A DNA stretch of 64,000 nucleotides. It comes from Armatimonadota bacterium (GTDB lineage: Bacteria; Armatimonadota; SYMT01). Position 1 is the stretch's first letter. Each line of letters starts with the position of its first letter. A program made the position numbers and the translations under genes. Location of the stretch: NCBI GenBank assembly GCA_046292385.1, contig JBKBRF010000002.1:107643-171642 (forward strand), given 5' to 3'. The notes below the pieces were generated by a model. That model was given only the letters and a program-made list of their open reading frames with translations, did not search any database and was not told where the DNA came from. This document shows, piece by piece, positions 19,207-28,411 of this stretch.

Positions 19207-19525
19207 GGGGATGGAATGGGGATGAGGGGATGGGAACCTTCCGAACTCAGCTCCTTCTCATTCTCTTTCTCTTACTCCTACTCAAGAGACCAGCCGAACC
19301 GAAAGAAGCCGATCGCTTTGCGTTCGGCTTCCCCCCGCCAGAGGCTCGGATTCATCCCTCATCCTTCCGCCTTCATCCCTCAGAAACGCGCTTGGAGCGA
19401 GCTTCCGTGGACGTGCCGGAGAGCGAAGGTCGCCAGCGAGCAGGAGCAGGACCTCCCGTACACGGAGGGTCCCACTTTAGCCTTCTGCCTTTAGCCTTTT
19501 GCCTTTAAAGGCCTTCATCCTTTAG
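19202..19525. repeat. Composite intergenic repeat: (GGGATGA)/(TCATCCC) arms, a GAGCAG-rich core and a (GCCTTTA)n tail
   Basis: The core at 19412-19480 matches the reverse complement of 47068-47150; short tandem arrays are visible. Confidence 0.65.
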
Positions 19526-20550
19526 CTGTCTCGTCTCCTGAACAGCGGCTCGGCTACCTGGAGGGGCGTCAGCGTGACGGCGCGGAAGTCGATGGGGCCG
19601 TGGTCGCCCTGGAGCATGATGGGGCCGGGCTGCCCTTCACGGCTGTCGAGCGCGCCGCCGGTGATGCCGGGGATCTCCTGGCGGCAGATGATCTCCTGGC
19701 CGTTCAGCTCCACCGTCAGCTCCCGGCCCACCAGGGTGATCTCCATCGTCTGCCATTGACCCGCCGGCTTGGCCGCGTTGACGCGCGGCTTGATGAAGCC
19801 GTACACGCCGCCGATGCCGTGCGCGTCCGGCGGGCGGCCGTGGTCGTCCTGCACCTGGACTTCGTGACGGCCGCGCAGGTAGATGCCGCTGTTGCTGCCC
19901 TTGGGATAGCGGAACTCCACGTGCAGCTTAAAGTCGCGGAAGCTGCGGGTGGTGACGAGGTCGACCCGCGGCCGGCGGTTGCGGAGCAGGCCGTCCTCCA
20001 CCACCCAGCCGTGCGGCTCCCGCGTGTGGCGCGGCTTCCAGCCGGAGAGGCTCTCCCCGTTGAACAGCTCGATCGGGCTGCCGGCCGGGCGGGGCTCGCC
20101 CTGGCGCGCCAGCGTGGGCGCGCGGGTGCCGGTGAAGTTGAGCCAGTCACCGTCGATCGTGCGGGTGCGGCCGGTGATGCGGTCGCCCTGGACCCGGCCT
20201 TCCCAGCGCAGCTCCTTCAGCTTGCCGTGCTCCCACTGCGGCGGGAGGGTGAATTCGAAGCGCCCGTTCGTATGGTGCACCTCCGCGATCGGGCGAGCGC
20301 TGCCGCTCCGGTGGACGAACCGCCCCACCAGCGCGCTGTACCCGGAGCGCTCCACCTCCAGCCAGGAGGGATACGCCCCGTCCGGCGCCTGCACCGTCAG
20401 GTCCCAGCGCCCCGCCAGCGGCGGAGTCGGCTGCATCACCGGCCGCTGTGCCGGCCGCTGCGCCGCCGCGCTCACCGCGGCTCCCAGCGCCAGGGTTCCC
20501 AGCAGCACGCCGCGCCGCGTCCCCCGCCAATTCGTTATCTCGTTCTTCAC
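19522..20550 (-). CDS. DUF1080 (3-keto-disaccharide hydrolase-like) secreted protein
   Basis: LFNGESLSGW, F.DF.LHVEF, NSGIYLRG and GPIMLQGDHG. GTG start at 20550 with GGAGG upstream. Confidence 0.9.
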   Translation of the reverse strand: MKNEITNWRGTRRGVLLGTLALGAAVSAAAQRPAQRPVMQPTPPLAGRWDLTVQAPDGAYPSWLEVERSGYSALVGRFVHRSGSARPIAEVHHTNGRFEFTLPPQWEHGKLKELRWEGRVQGDRITGRTRTIDGDWLNFTGTRAPTLARQGEPRPAGSPIELFNGESLSGWKPRHTREPHGWVVEDGLLRNRRPRVDLVTTRSFRDFKLHVEFRYPKGSNSGIYLRGRHEVQVQDDHGRPPDAHGIGGVYGFIKPRVNAAKPAGQWQTMEITLVGRELTVELNGQEIICRQEIPGITGGALDSREGQPGPIMLQGDHGPIDFRAVTLTPLQVAEPLFRRRDS

Positions 20551-20614
20551 GTGTCCTCCGACAGCTGTCACAAACAATCTCAAGTCGCCACCATCCGGCT
20601 ACACCTCGGTTGGC

Positions 20615-21043
20615 CTATTCACCCGACTCGGTGATCAACTCCAGGCCGGTAACACCGAGAAAGTGGCGAGCGTTATGCGTAACAAGCGGAACCCCGAGAC
20701 TGAGCGCAGTCGCGGCGTGCCAGGCATCGCCCGCTGAGATCTGGAAACCACGGCTCCGCGTATCAGCGACTAATTCCCCATAGATCCGGCAGATACGGTC
20801 ATCCGGGTACTCAATCACGTAGGAACGGAGACTATGCTCCAACGCCTCTCGGCGAGGACGACCCCAGTTCCGCAGTAGCGGCCAGGTGTAAAGCTCGGCA
20901 CGGCTCTGGGCCGAGAGCACCAAGACCTTTCCAATCAGGTGAGGCGCGTATCGAGCCGCTCGGGAGTCTTGCTTGAATAGGAAGGAGGCGACGTCAGTGT
21001 CGACGACGATCAAGCTTAACTGTCCAGGTGAGAGCGAGGGCAT
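20615..21043 (-). CDS. vapC: PIN-domain toxin (VapC-like)
   Basis: IVVDTDVAS, DAWHAATAL and LVTHNARHF. Confidence 0.88.
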   Translation of the reverse strand: MPSLSPGQLSLIVVDTDVASFLFKQDSRAARYAPHLIGKVLVLSAQSRAELYTWPLLRNWGRPRREALEHSLRSYVIEYPDDRICRIYGELVADTRSRGFQISAGDAWHAATALSLGVPLVTHNARHFLGVTGLELITESGE

Positions 21044-21055
21044 CGTGGCCGCGTC

Positions 21056-21262
21056 TTATTCTGTCTCCACGTCATCCGTGACCCGCACTGGTTGACGCTG
21101 CTCCTCCAAGAACGCGAGGAACTCCGCAAGATCATTCGGATCGTTTCGGACCGAGTCCGGCCCGGCTAGCTCGTCGATGGAGCGGATCGGCTGACCTATC
21201 ATGAGAACTCGCCGTACCGCTCGCTCGCGCTCTTCTTCATCACGGCACTGGATGGTCTGCAT
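21056..21262 (-). CDS. Putative antitoxin of the PIN toxin
   Basis: 68 aa acidic ORF (DLAEFLAFLEEQR) 12 nt upstream of the PIN gene, with GGAGG before its ATG and the same lower-GC composition. Confidence 0.65.
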   Translation of the reverse strand: MQTIQCRDEEERERAVRRVLMIGQPIRSIDELAGPDSVRNDPNDLAEFLAFLEEQRQPVRVTDDVETE

Positions 21263-21355
21263 GGTACCTCCGCGATCAGTTCCACTCTATTATTCCGTGC
21301 CGTCGCTATCATGCCGACTCACACGGTCGTTCAATCTTCCACCGAAAGCTCACTG

Positions 21356-24300
21356 CTACGATACCGGCGACTCGTTCTCCAGGCGGGCGATGCCGTGGTC
21401 GAACATCAGCCGGTTCAGGGCGGGGATTTCCTTCTCGATGATGCCGTTCAGCGTAACCACGAACGCGCCCAGCTCCCGTGCCGCGCGCTCCATCTGCGCC
21501 CGCTGCTGCGGGGTGGGCGGGGCGGTGTAAGAGCCGAAGAGGAAGTAGGGACGTGAGGCGCGGCTGGAGATCGGGTCCGGCTCGTCCGCCAGCGGGGCGC
21601 CGGCGAAGCCGAGCGGCGTGGGAAGGCCAAACATCTGCTCGTTCAGCTTCGCCACCCGCTCCTGGAGCGAGTTGACCGTGTCGAGCACCTCTTTCGGGGT
21701 GCCCTCGCGTCGGGCGAGGGAGGTCTTCAGCTCCGTCAGGCGGGTATGGAGGGTGCGGACCGCGTCCCCGGCCATGCCGGCCCGGACCCAGAGCTTTCCG
21801 GCCTCGTCCAGCGCCTGCCGCCAGGCGGCACGCTCCGCGGGGGTGATCTCGAGGCGCGGGTCCTCTTCCACCACCACCGGCCCGCTGGCGCTCTGGTCCC
21901 CGGCCGTGACGGTGACGGTGTAGGTGCCCGGGTCGACCCACACCCCGCGCCCGCCGCCCTGGCGCGCGGTCCCGGCGGCGGCCGAGCGGCCCGGCCGCGC
22001 CGGCGCGGTGCCGCGCAGGTCCCACAGCACGCGGTTGACCCCCGCCGCTCCGGAGCCGGGAAGCTCCCGCACCACCCGGCCCGCCGCGTCCTTCACGGTG
22101 ACGCGAACCGGGGTGGCGCGCGGGACTGCCTTCTTCAGGTGGTACTGCACCAGCGCGCCGACCGGCAGGTTCGGCGCCTCGAAGAGCTTGTCGCCGGTGC
22201 TGCCCTTGCGAGAGGTGAGCCGGTACATCGCGGCGGGACGCATGTCGAAGAGGTGCAGCTCCGCCTCCCGCACCTTCGGCGTCAGGGCGCTGATCGGCTC
22301 GATGTCGTCCAGGATCCAGATCCCGCGGCCGTGGGTGCCGAGGATCAGGTCGTTCTCCCGCGGGTGGATCTGAATGTCATCCACCGGCACCGTCGGCAGG
22401 TTGCTCCGGACCGCGTGCCACTGCCCGCCGCGGTTCCAGCTCACCCAGAGGCCGCGCTCCGTGCCGGCGAACAGCACGTCGGGATTCCGCGGGTGCTCCC
22501 GGACCACGCTGACGGTGCCCCCCTCCGGCAGGTTGCCGCGCACGCTCTTCCAGCTCTTGCCGAAGTCGTCCGTACGGTAGAGATAGGCGTGGAAGTCGTC
22601 CGACCGGTGCCCGTCGAAGGCGACGTAGGCAGCTCCGTCCCCGGTGCGGCTCGCCTCCACCCGGCTCACGTAGGTGCCCTTCGGCAGGCCGGGAACGCGG
22701 GAGACCACGTTCTCCCAGGTAGCGCCCCCGTCCCGCGAGACCTGCAAGTTGCCGTCGTCGGTGCCGGCCCAGAGCACGCCCGCCCGCACCGGCGACTCCG
22801 CCAGCGTGGTGACGGTGCCCCAGTGGACCACGCCGTCGTTGCGAGAGAGCATCTCCTTCGCCTTCTTGCCGAAGATCGTCAGCTCGTCCCGCTTCTCCCC
22901 GCGGGTCAGGTCGGGAGAGACGAGGGTCCAGGTCTCCCCGCGGTCCCTGGAGCCGAAGACCCGGTTGCCGCCGTAGTAGACGGTCTTCGAATCGTGCGGG
23001 GAGAGCAGGATCGGGGAGTTCCAGTTGAACCGGTACTTCTCGTCGTCCGGCGGCTCCGGCCGGATGATCCGGGCCTGGCCGGTGCGCTGGTCCAGCCGCC
23101 GCAGGTTGCCGTCCTGGCTCTCCAGGTAGACGACGTGGTGGTCGGAGGGGTCGACCACCGTATGGAAGCCGTCGCCGCCGCCGATCACCTCCCAGTCGTC
23201 GTTGGTGATCCCCTCGGTCCAGAGGGTGCGGCTCGGCCCCGCCCAGGTGCCGTTGTCCTGCAGGCCGCCGTAGACCCAGTACGGCTTCCGGTTATCCGCG
23301 CTGACCTCGTAGAACTGTGCCAGCGCCAGGGTGTTGACGTAGTCCCAGTTGCGCCCCTGGTCGTAGCTGATGTGGATTCCGCCGTCGGAGCCGGCGAGCA
23401 CGTGATTCGAGTTGGCCGGGTTCACCCAGAGCGCGTGGAAGTCGACGTGGATCCGCCGGTAACGGTCGTTCAGCCAGCTCTTGCCCCCGTCTTCGGAGAG
23501 GTAGAGCGGCGCGCCGAGCAGCCAGACCCGCTGGTCGTTGTTCGGGTCGACGTGGATCTTGCTGTAGTAAGAGGGGCGGGGGTTGGTGTCGGAGACCTTC
23601 CGCCAGCTCTCGCCGCGGTCGTCCGAGCGGTAGGTGCCGCCCTGCGCCTGGTGCTCCACCGTGCAGTAGAGGATGCTCGGGTCCTTCCGGTAGAGGTTCA
23701 CCCCGATCCGGCCCACGTCGCCCTGGGTTGGCAGCCCGTTCGTCAGCTTCCGCCAGGTGGCGCCGCCGTCGGTCGTCTTCCACAGGCCGCTGCCGGGCCC
23801 GCCGCCGTTGAAGCCGAAGGCGGTCCGCCGCCGCTGGTAGCTCGCCGCGTAGAGGGTGTTCGGGCTGCGCGGATCGATCGCCACGTCGACGAAGCCGGTG
23901 TCGGCGTCGATGAGCTTCGTGTTCTTCCAGCTCTTGCCGCCGTCGGTCGACTTGTAGAGCCCGCGCTCCTTGTTCGGCCCCCAGAGGTGCCCCAGCGCCG
24001 CCACGTAGACCGTCTCCGGATCGGTAGGGTGCACCACGATGCGACCGATGTGGTGGGTGTCTTCCAGCCCCAGGTGGGTCCAGGTGCGGCCGGCGTCCGA
24101 GCTGCGGTAGACGCCGTGTCCCCAGGACGAGGACTGCCGGTTGTTCGGCTCCCCGGTGCCGACGTAGACGATCGACGGGTCGGAAGGGGCCAGCGTCACG
24201 TCGCCGATGCTGGAGACCAGCTCCCGGTCGAAGATCGGCCGAAAGGTGGTGCCGTGGTTCTCCGTCTTCCAGAGCCCGCTGGCGGCGGTGGCGACGTAGA

Positions 24301-24544
24301 AGGTCGACGGGTTCGACTCGTCCACGGCGAAGTCGTCGATGCGGCCGCCCATGGCGCCGGGACCGATGTTCCGGAAGACGAGCTGCCGGAACGGGTCGTA
24401 GGCGGAGTCTGCCTCCTCCTGGGCCACCGCGCCCGCGCCGAGCGTAGCGGCGAGCGCGAGCAGCAGGAGGACGGCCCGGGAGCTCCGGCGGGGAGAGCAG
24501 GCGCAGAGCATCGCGTGAATCCGGAAAGGGGTACCGGTGAACAA
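21356..24544 (-). CDS. Secreted VPS10/BNR (Asp-box) repeat beta-propeller protein
   Basis: FRNIGPGAMGGRI and many S.D.G.TW Asp-boxes; start uncertain. Confidence 0.9.
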   Translation of the reverse strand: MFTGTPFRIHAMLCACSPRRSSRAVLLLLALAATLGAGAVAQEEADSAYDPFRQLVFRNIGPGAMGGRIDDFAVDESNPSTFYVATAASGLWKTENHGTTFRPIFDRELVSSIGDVTLAPSDPSIVYVGTGEPNNRQSSSWGHGVYRSSDAGRTWTHLGLEDTHHIGRIVVHPTDPETVYVAALGHLWGPNKERGLYKSTDGGKSWKNTKLIDADTGFVDVAIDPRSPNTLYAASYQRRRTAFGFNGGGPGSGLWKTTDGGATWRKLTNGLPTQGDVGRIGVNLYRKDPSILYCTVEHQAQGGTYRSDDRGESWRKVSDTNPRPSYYSKIHVDPNNDQRVWLLGAPLYLSEDGGKSWLNDRYRRIHVDFHALWVNPANSNHVLAGSDGGIHISYDQGRNWDYVNTLALAQFYEVSADNRKPYWVYGGLQDNGTWAGPSRTLWTEGITNDDWEVIGGGDGFHTVVDPSDHHVVYLESQDGNLRRLDQRTGQARIIRPEPPDDEKYRFNWNSPILLSPHDSKTVYYGGNRVFGSRDRGETWTLVSPDLTRGEKRDELTIFGKKAKEMLSRNDGVVHWGTVTTLAESPVRAGVLWAGTDDGNLQVSRDGGATWENVVSRVPGLPKGTYVSRVEASRTGDGAAYVAFDGHRSDDFHAYLYRTDDFGKSWKSVRGNLPEGGTVSVVREHPRNPDVLFAGTERGLWVSWNRGGQWHAVRSNLPTVPVDDIQIHPRENDLILGTHGRGIWILDDIEPISALTPKVREAELHLFDMRPAAMYRLTSRKGSTGDKLFEAPNLPVGALVQYHLKKAVPRATPVRVTVKDAAGRVVRELPGSGAAGVNRVLWDLRGTAPARPGRSAAAGTARQGGGRGVWVDPGTYTVTVTAGDQSASGPVVVEEDPRLEITPAERAAWRQALDEAGKLWVRAGMAGDAVRTLHTRLTELKTSLARREGTPKEVLDTVNSLQERVAKLNEQMFGLPTPLGFAGAPLADEPDPISSRASRPYFLFGSYTAPPTPQQRAQMERAARELGAFVVTLNGIIEKEIPALNRLMFDHGIARLENESPVS

Positions 24545-24618
24545 GGAAGATACCGCCCGCTTGTTCCGCGTGCCGCACCCTGAATCCTCGGCAGCAGTAT
24601 GCCCAGCCGTGTGACCCG

Positions 24619-25551
24619 CTAGCGCTCGAAGTGCTCCCGCGCAGCCTGCACGTCGCGGGCGATCTGCGCGCGCAGCGAGTCGAGGTCGGCGAAGCGCTGC
24701 TCGCCGCGCAGGCGCTGGAGGAACTCCACCTGCACGCGCTGACCGTAGAGGTCGCCGGACCAGTCGAGCAGGTGCGCCTCCAGCACGCGGCGGGTGCCGT
24801 CCCGCGTGGGGCGGACGCCGAGGTTGACCGCGGCGGGAACCGGCGCTGGGTGGCCCGGCAGGCGGACCTGCGCCACGTAGACGCCGTCGGCCGGCAGCAT
24901 CCGCTCCGTGGGGACGCGAATGTTGGCGGTCGGGAAGCCGAGGCGGCGGCCTACCTGTTCCCCCGCGACCACCTCTCCGGGAACCGAGTAGGGCCGGCCC
25001 AGCAGGCGCTCGGCGGAGGCGACGCAGCCCTCTTCCAGGCAGGCGGCGACCCGGCTGCTGCTGATCGGATGGCCGCCCTCCAGCACCGGCTCGACCGCCG
25101 TCACGGTAAAGCCGAGCTCCGAGCCGATGCCCCGGAGGAGATCGAGATCGCCGCGGGCGCCGCGGCCGAAGCGGAAGTTGGCGCCGGCAAGCACCTCCAC
25201 GGCGCCGAGCTGCCGCACCAGGATCTCCCGCACGAACGCCTCCGGCTCCTGCGACAGGAACTCCGGCGTGAGCGGGATGACGAGGGCGATCTCGATCCCG
25301 AACCGCTCGATCAGCTCCAGCCGCTCCTCCAGGCCGGCGAGCACCGGAACCTGCGTGCCCGGCCGGAGCAGCTCGATCGGATGGCGGTCGAAGGTGAGGA
25401 CGACCGAGCTGGCCCGCTGCCGCCGCGCCGTCTCCGCGGTGCGGCGCAGCAGCTCCTGGTGACCCCGGTGGATGGCGAAGAACTTGCCGATGGTGACGAC
25501 GGAGCGCGCGAGAGGCTCGCCGAGCTGCTCAAGACCCAGAACGCGCCGCAT
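24619..25551 (-). CDS. ribF: Bifunctional riboflavin kinase / FAD synthetase
   Basis: HRGHQ, LTFDRHP, ISSSRV, GRRLGFPTAN, NLGVRPT and LEAHLLD. Downstream of truB. Confidence 0.93.
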   Translation of the reverse strand: MRRVLGLEQLGEPLARSVVTIGKFFAIHRGHQELLRRTAETARRQRASSVVLTFDRHPIELLRPGTQVPVLAGLEERLELIERFGIEIALVIPLTPEFLSQEPEAFVREILVRQLGAVEVLAGANFRFGRGARGDLDLLRGIGSELGFTVTAVEPVLEGGHPISSSRVAACLEEGCVASAERLLGRPYSVPGEVVAGEQVGRRLGFPTANIRVPTERMLPADGVYVAQVRLPGHPAPVPAAVNLGVRPTRDGTRRVLEAHLLDWSGDLYGQRVQVEFLQRLRGEQRFADLDSLRAQIARDVQAAREHFER

Positions 25552-26440
25552 CAGGTTCGGAAAACACTTTCTCCGGCGTCAGCAGCCGGTTCTCGCCGTG
25601 GCCCCGGGCACTGGCGATGGCGAGGAGCCGCCCTTCATTATCTACCACGCAGATCGGGCCGTCGGGCAGGCCGTCCGGCGCGGAGAGGAACTGGCCGTGC
25701 GCCAGCCGCACCGCCTGCTCCGGCTGCGCCGTCATCCGGGGCAGGTGCCGCAGCGCCTCCGCGGGAGGGATCAACGGCGTCTCGGGGGTCAGCTCGTCGA
25801 GCGGCACCGCCTCGGCGAGGGTGAAGTGGCCGACCGCCTCGCGCTCCAGCGCGCTCATCGCGGCGCCCGGCCCCAGCAGGCGGCCGAGGTCGTGACAGAG
25901 GGTGCGGACGTAGGTGCCGGCGGAGCAGCGGACCCGCAGCTCCGCCGCCGCGCGAGGGCCGGAGACGAAGTCGAGCAGCTCGATCGAGTAGATCGTAACC
26001 GGGCGCGCCTCCCGCTCCACCGTCTGGCCCGCCCGGGCAAGCTCGTACAGCTTCTTCCCGCCGACCTTCAGCGCGGAGACCATCGGCGGCACCTGGAGGA
26101 TCTCCCCCTCGAACTGCCGCAGCGCCTCGCGCAGCCGCTCCTCGGTGATCTCGGAGGCATCGGCTTCCGCCAGCACGCTCCCGGTGGTGTCCTGGGAGTC
26201 GGTCTCCAGGCCGAAGCGCACCGACGCCCGGTAGGTCTTCGGCAGCCCCTGCGCGTACTCCAGGATGCGGGTCCCCTGCCCCACCCCGATCACCAGCACG
26301 CCGGTCGCCATCGGATCGAGGGTACCGGCGTGACCCACCCGTCGGGTGGAAAGCACGCGGCGGACCCTCGCCACGCAGTCGTGGGAGGTCGGCCCCGCCG
26401 GCTTATGGAGGTTCAGGATCCCGCTGGGAGCGTCGCTCAC
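25529..26440 (-). CDS. truB: tRNA pseudouridine(55) synthase
   Basis: KPAGPTSHD, VGHAGTLDPMATGVL, QVPPMVSALKVGG and CSAGTYVRTL. Confidence 0.96.
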   Translation of the reverse strand: MSDAPSGILNLHKPAGPTSHDCVARVRRVLSTRRVGHAGTLDPMATGVLVIGVGQGTRILEYAQGLPKTYRASVRFGLETDSQDTTGSVLAEADASEITEERLREALRQFEGEILQVPPMVSALKVGGKKLYELARAGQTVEREARPVTIYSIELLDFVSGPRAAAELRVRCSAGTYVRTLCHDLGRLLGPGAAMSALEREAVGHFTLAEAVPLDELTPETPLIPPAEALRHLPRMTAQPEQAVRLAHGQFLSAPDGLPDGPICVVDNEGRLLAIASARGHGENRLLTPEKVFSEPDAARSGS

Positions 26441-26725
26441 CTCTGGCTCATCCTCGGCATGCTTCGCGCTGGAAGCTCCAGGTCAATCGGTCGGGCGCCT
26501 TCCGGCGGCACCATGGCAGGGTAGGCCATGCGGTCGGCCGCCGTCAATTGCCGCGCTCACACGAGCGTTTCGCGCGAATTGGGCCGCGTGGAGTGCACCT
26601 CCGCTCCCGCTAAGCTACGTATACCTTCAGGACACGGTCGATTCCGACCTGGCGGCAGGAAGCCGGGTGTCGGTCCCGGAATCGAGATGGGGCGATCTCG
26701 GCGCTCTCCTTCTTCAAGCACCTCT

Positions 26726-28411
26726 ATGAAACGAATCTTCTGGCTGCCGCTTGCCGCGGCGGCGCTGGCGCTCGGCGCCCTCAGCGACGCGCCTCGACTG
26801 GAGGCGGCGCAGGAGCGGCCGGCTCCCCGCGTGGCTCCGGCGGTCCGCCAAGCGCTCGAGGCGATCGACGCGCAGAGCATCCGCGCCCACGTGCGGTTCC
26901 TCTCGGACGACCTGCTCGAGGGCCGGGACACCTCGGAGACCGGCGGGTTCCTGGCGGCGCGCTACCTGGCGGCGGAGCTGGAGCAGCTCGGGCTGAAGCC
27001 GGCGGGCGACAACGGCAGCTATTATCAGCAGGTCCCGTTCGAAGACGGGCGCATGGACTTCGCCGCTTCTCGCCTCACCCTGGTCCGCGGCGGAAACGAG
27101 ATTCCGCTGCGCATGGGCGAGGAGTTCTTGCTGAACGGCGGCCGCAGCCAGTCGGCCGAGCTGCAGGCGCCGCTGCTCTTCGTCGGCTACGGGATCACCG
27201 CGCCGGAGTATCGGCACGACGACTACGCCGGGCTCGATCCGAAGGGCAAGGTGGTGGTGGTGCTGACGGGAGAGCCCGAGTCGGATCGCGACGACTACTT
27301 CGAAGGCAAGCGGGACACCCGCCACGCGCAGGGCGGCGCCAAGGTGCAGCTCGCCGCCTCTAAGGGCGCCGTCGGCGTGATCACGATCCTGGCGGGAGAG
27401 CGCGCCGCCTCGTTCCCGTGGGACCGGTTCCGCAGCTTCCAGGACCGCCCGTCGTTCCGCCTGGCGGACGAGCGCGCGCCTCTCCCGGCCCTGGTCGTGC
27501 GGGAGGAGGGAGCGAAGCAGCTCTTCTCCGGCGCGGGGCGCGACTGGGAGAAGGTGCGGGCGGAGATCCCGGCCGGGAAGGTCGCCCCGCAGGCGCTGCC
27601 GGGCACGATCCGGGTGGTGCTGAAGGAAGAGCGGGTCCCCCGCCCGGCGCCGAACGTGCTCGCCATGCTGGAAGGCACCGATCCGGAGCTGAAGAAGCAG
27701 GTGGTGGTCTACAGCGCGCACTACGACCACGTCGGCCAGCGCCCGCAGGGCGAGGGCGACCGGGTCTTCAACGGCGCCTGGGACAACGCCAGCGGCACGG
27801 CGGGCGTGCTGGAGGTGGCGCGCGGCTTCGCTCACCTGAAGCCGGGGCCGCGCCGCTCGATCCTCTTCCTGTTCGTGACGGGTGAGGAGAAGGGGCTGCT
27901 CGGCTCGCAGTACTACGTCCGGAACCCCGCCGTCCCGATGGAGCAGACCGCCGCGAACATCAACCTCGACATGACCGACATCTTCGGCGTGCCGAAGGAG
28001 CTGGTCGCCCAGGGCGCCGAGTTCAGCAGCATCGGCACGGACGCGGAAGTCGTCGCCGGAGAGCTGGGGGTGCGCGTCGGTAAGGACCCCACCCCGGAGC
28101 TGGGGGTCTTCACCCGGTCCGACCAGTTCAGCTTCGTGCAGGCGGGCGTGCCGAGCGTCTTCATGCGCTGGGCGAACGAGCACGAGGGAATGACCCCGGA
28201 GCAGAGCCGGCAGATGTGGCAGCAGAAGATGCAGACGATCTACCACAAGCCGGCCGACGAGTTCGACCCGTCCTGGAGCTGGGAGGGGATGCGACACCAC
28301 GCGCAGCAGTCGTTCCTCCTCGGCCTGCGCCTCGCCAACGAGGCGCAGATGCCGCGCTGGAACGAGGACTCCCGCTTCAATCGCCCGCGAGGCCTGCCCG
28401 GCGGTGATTGA
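26726..28411 (+). CDS. M28 family metallopeptidase with PA domain, secreted
   Basis: LSDDLLEGR, SAHYDH, NGAWDNASG, GEEKGLLGS, RSDQ and YHKPADE. Confidence 0.92.
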   Translation: MKRIFWLPLAAAALALGALSDAPRLEAAQERPAPRVAPAVRQALEAIDAQSIRAHVRFLSDDLLEGRDTSETGGFLAARYLAAELEQLGLKPAGDNGSYYQQVPFEDGRMDFAASRLTLVRGGNEIPLRMGEEFLLNGGRSQSAELQAPLLFVGYGITAPEYRHDDYAGLDPKGKVVVVLTGEPESDRDDYFEGKRDTRHAQGGAKVQLAASKGAVGVITILAGERAASFPWDRFRSFQDRPSFRLADERAPLPALVVREEGAKQLFSGAGRDWEKVRAEIPAGKVAPQALPGTIRVVLKEERVPRPAPNVLAMLEGTDPELKKQVVVYSAHYDHVGQRPQGEGDRVFNGAWDNASGTAGVLEVARGFAHLKPGPRRSILFLFVTGEEKGLLGSQYYVRNPAVPMEQTAANINLDMTDIFGVPKELVAQGAEFSSIGTDAEVVAGELGVRVGKDPTPELGVFTRSDQFSFVQAGVPSVFMRWANEHEGMTPEQSRQMWQQKMQTIYHKPADEFDPSWSWEGMRHHAQQSFLLGLRLANEAQMPRWNEDSRFNRPRGLPGGD

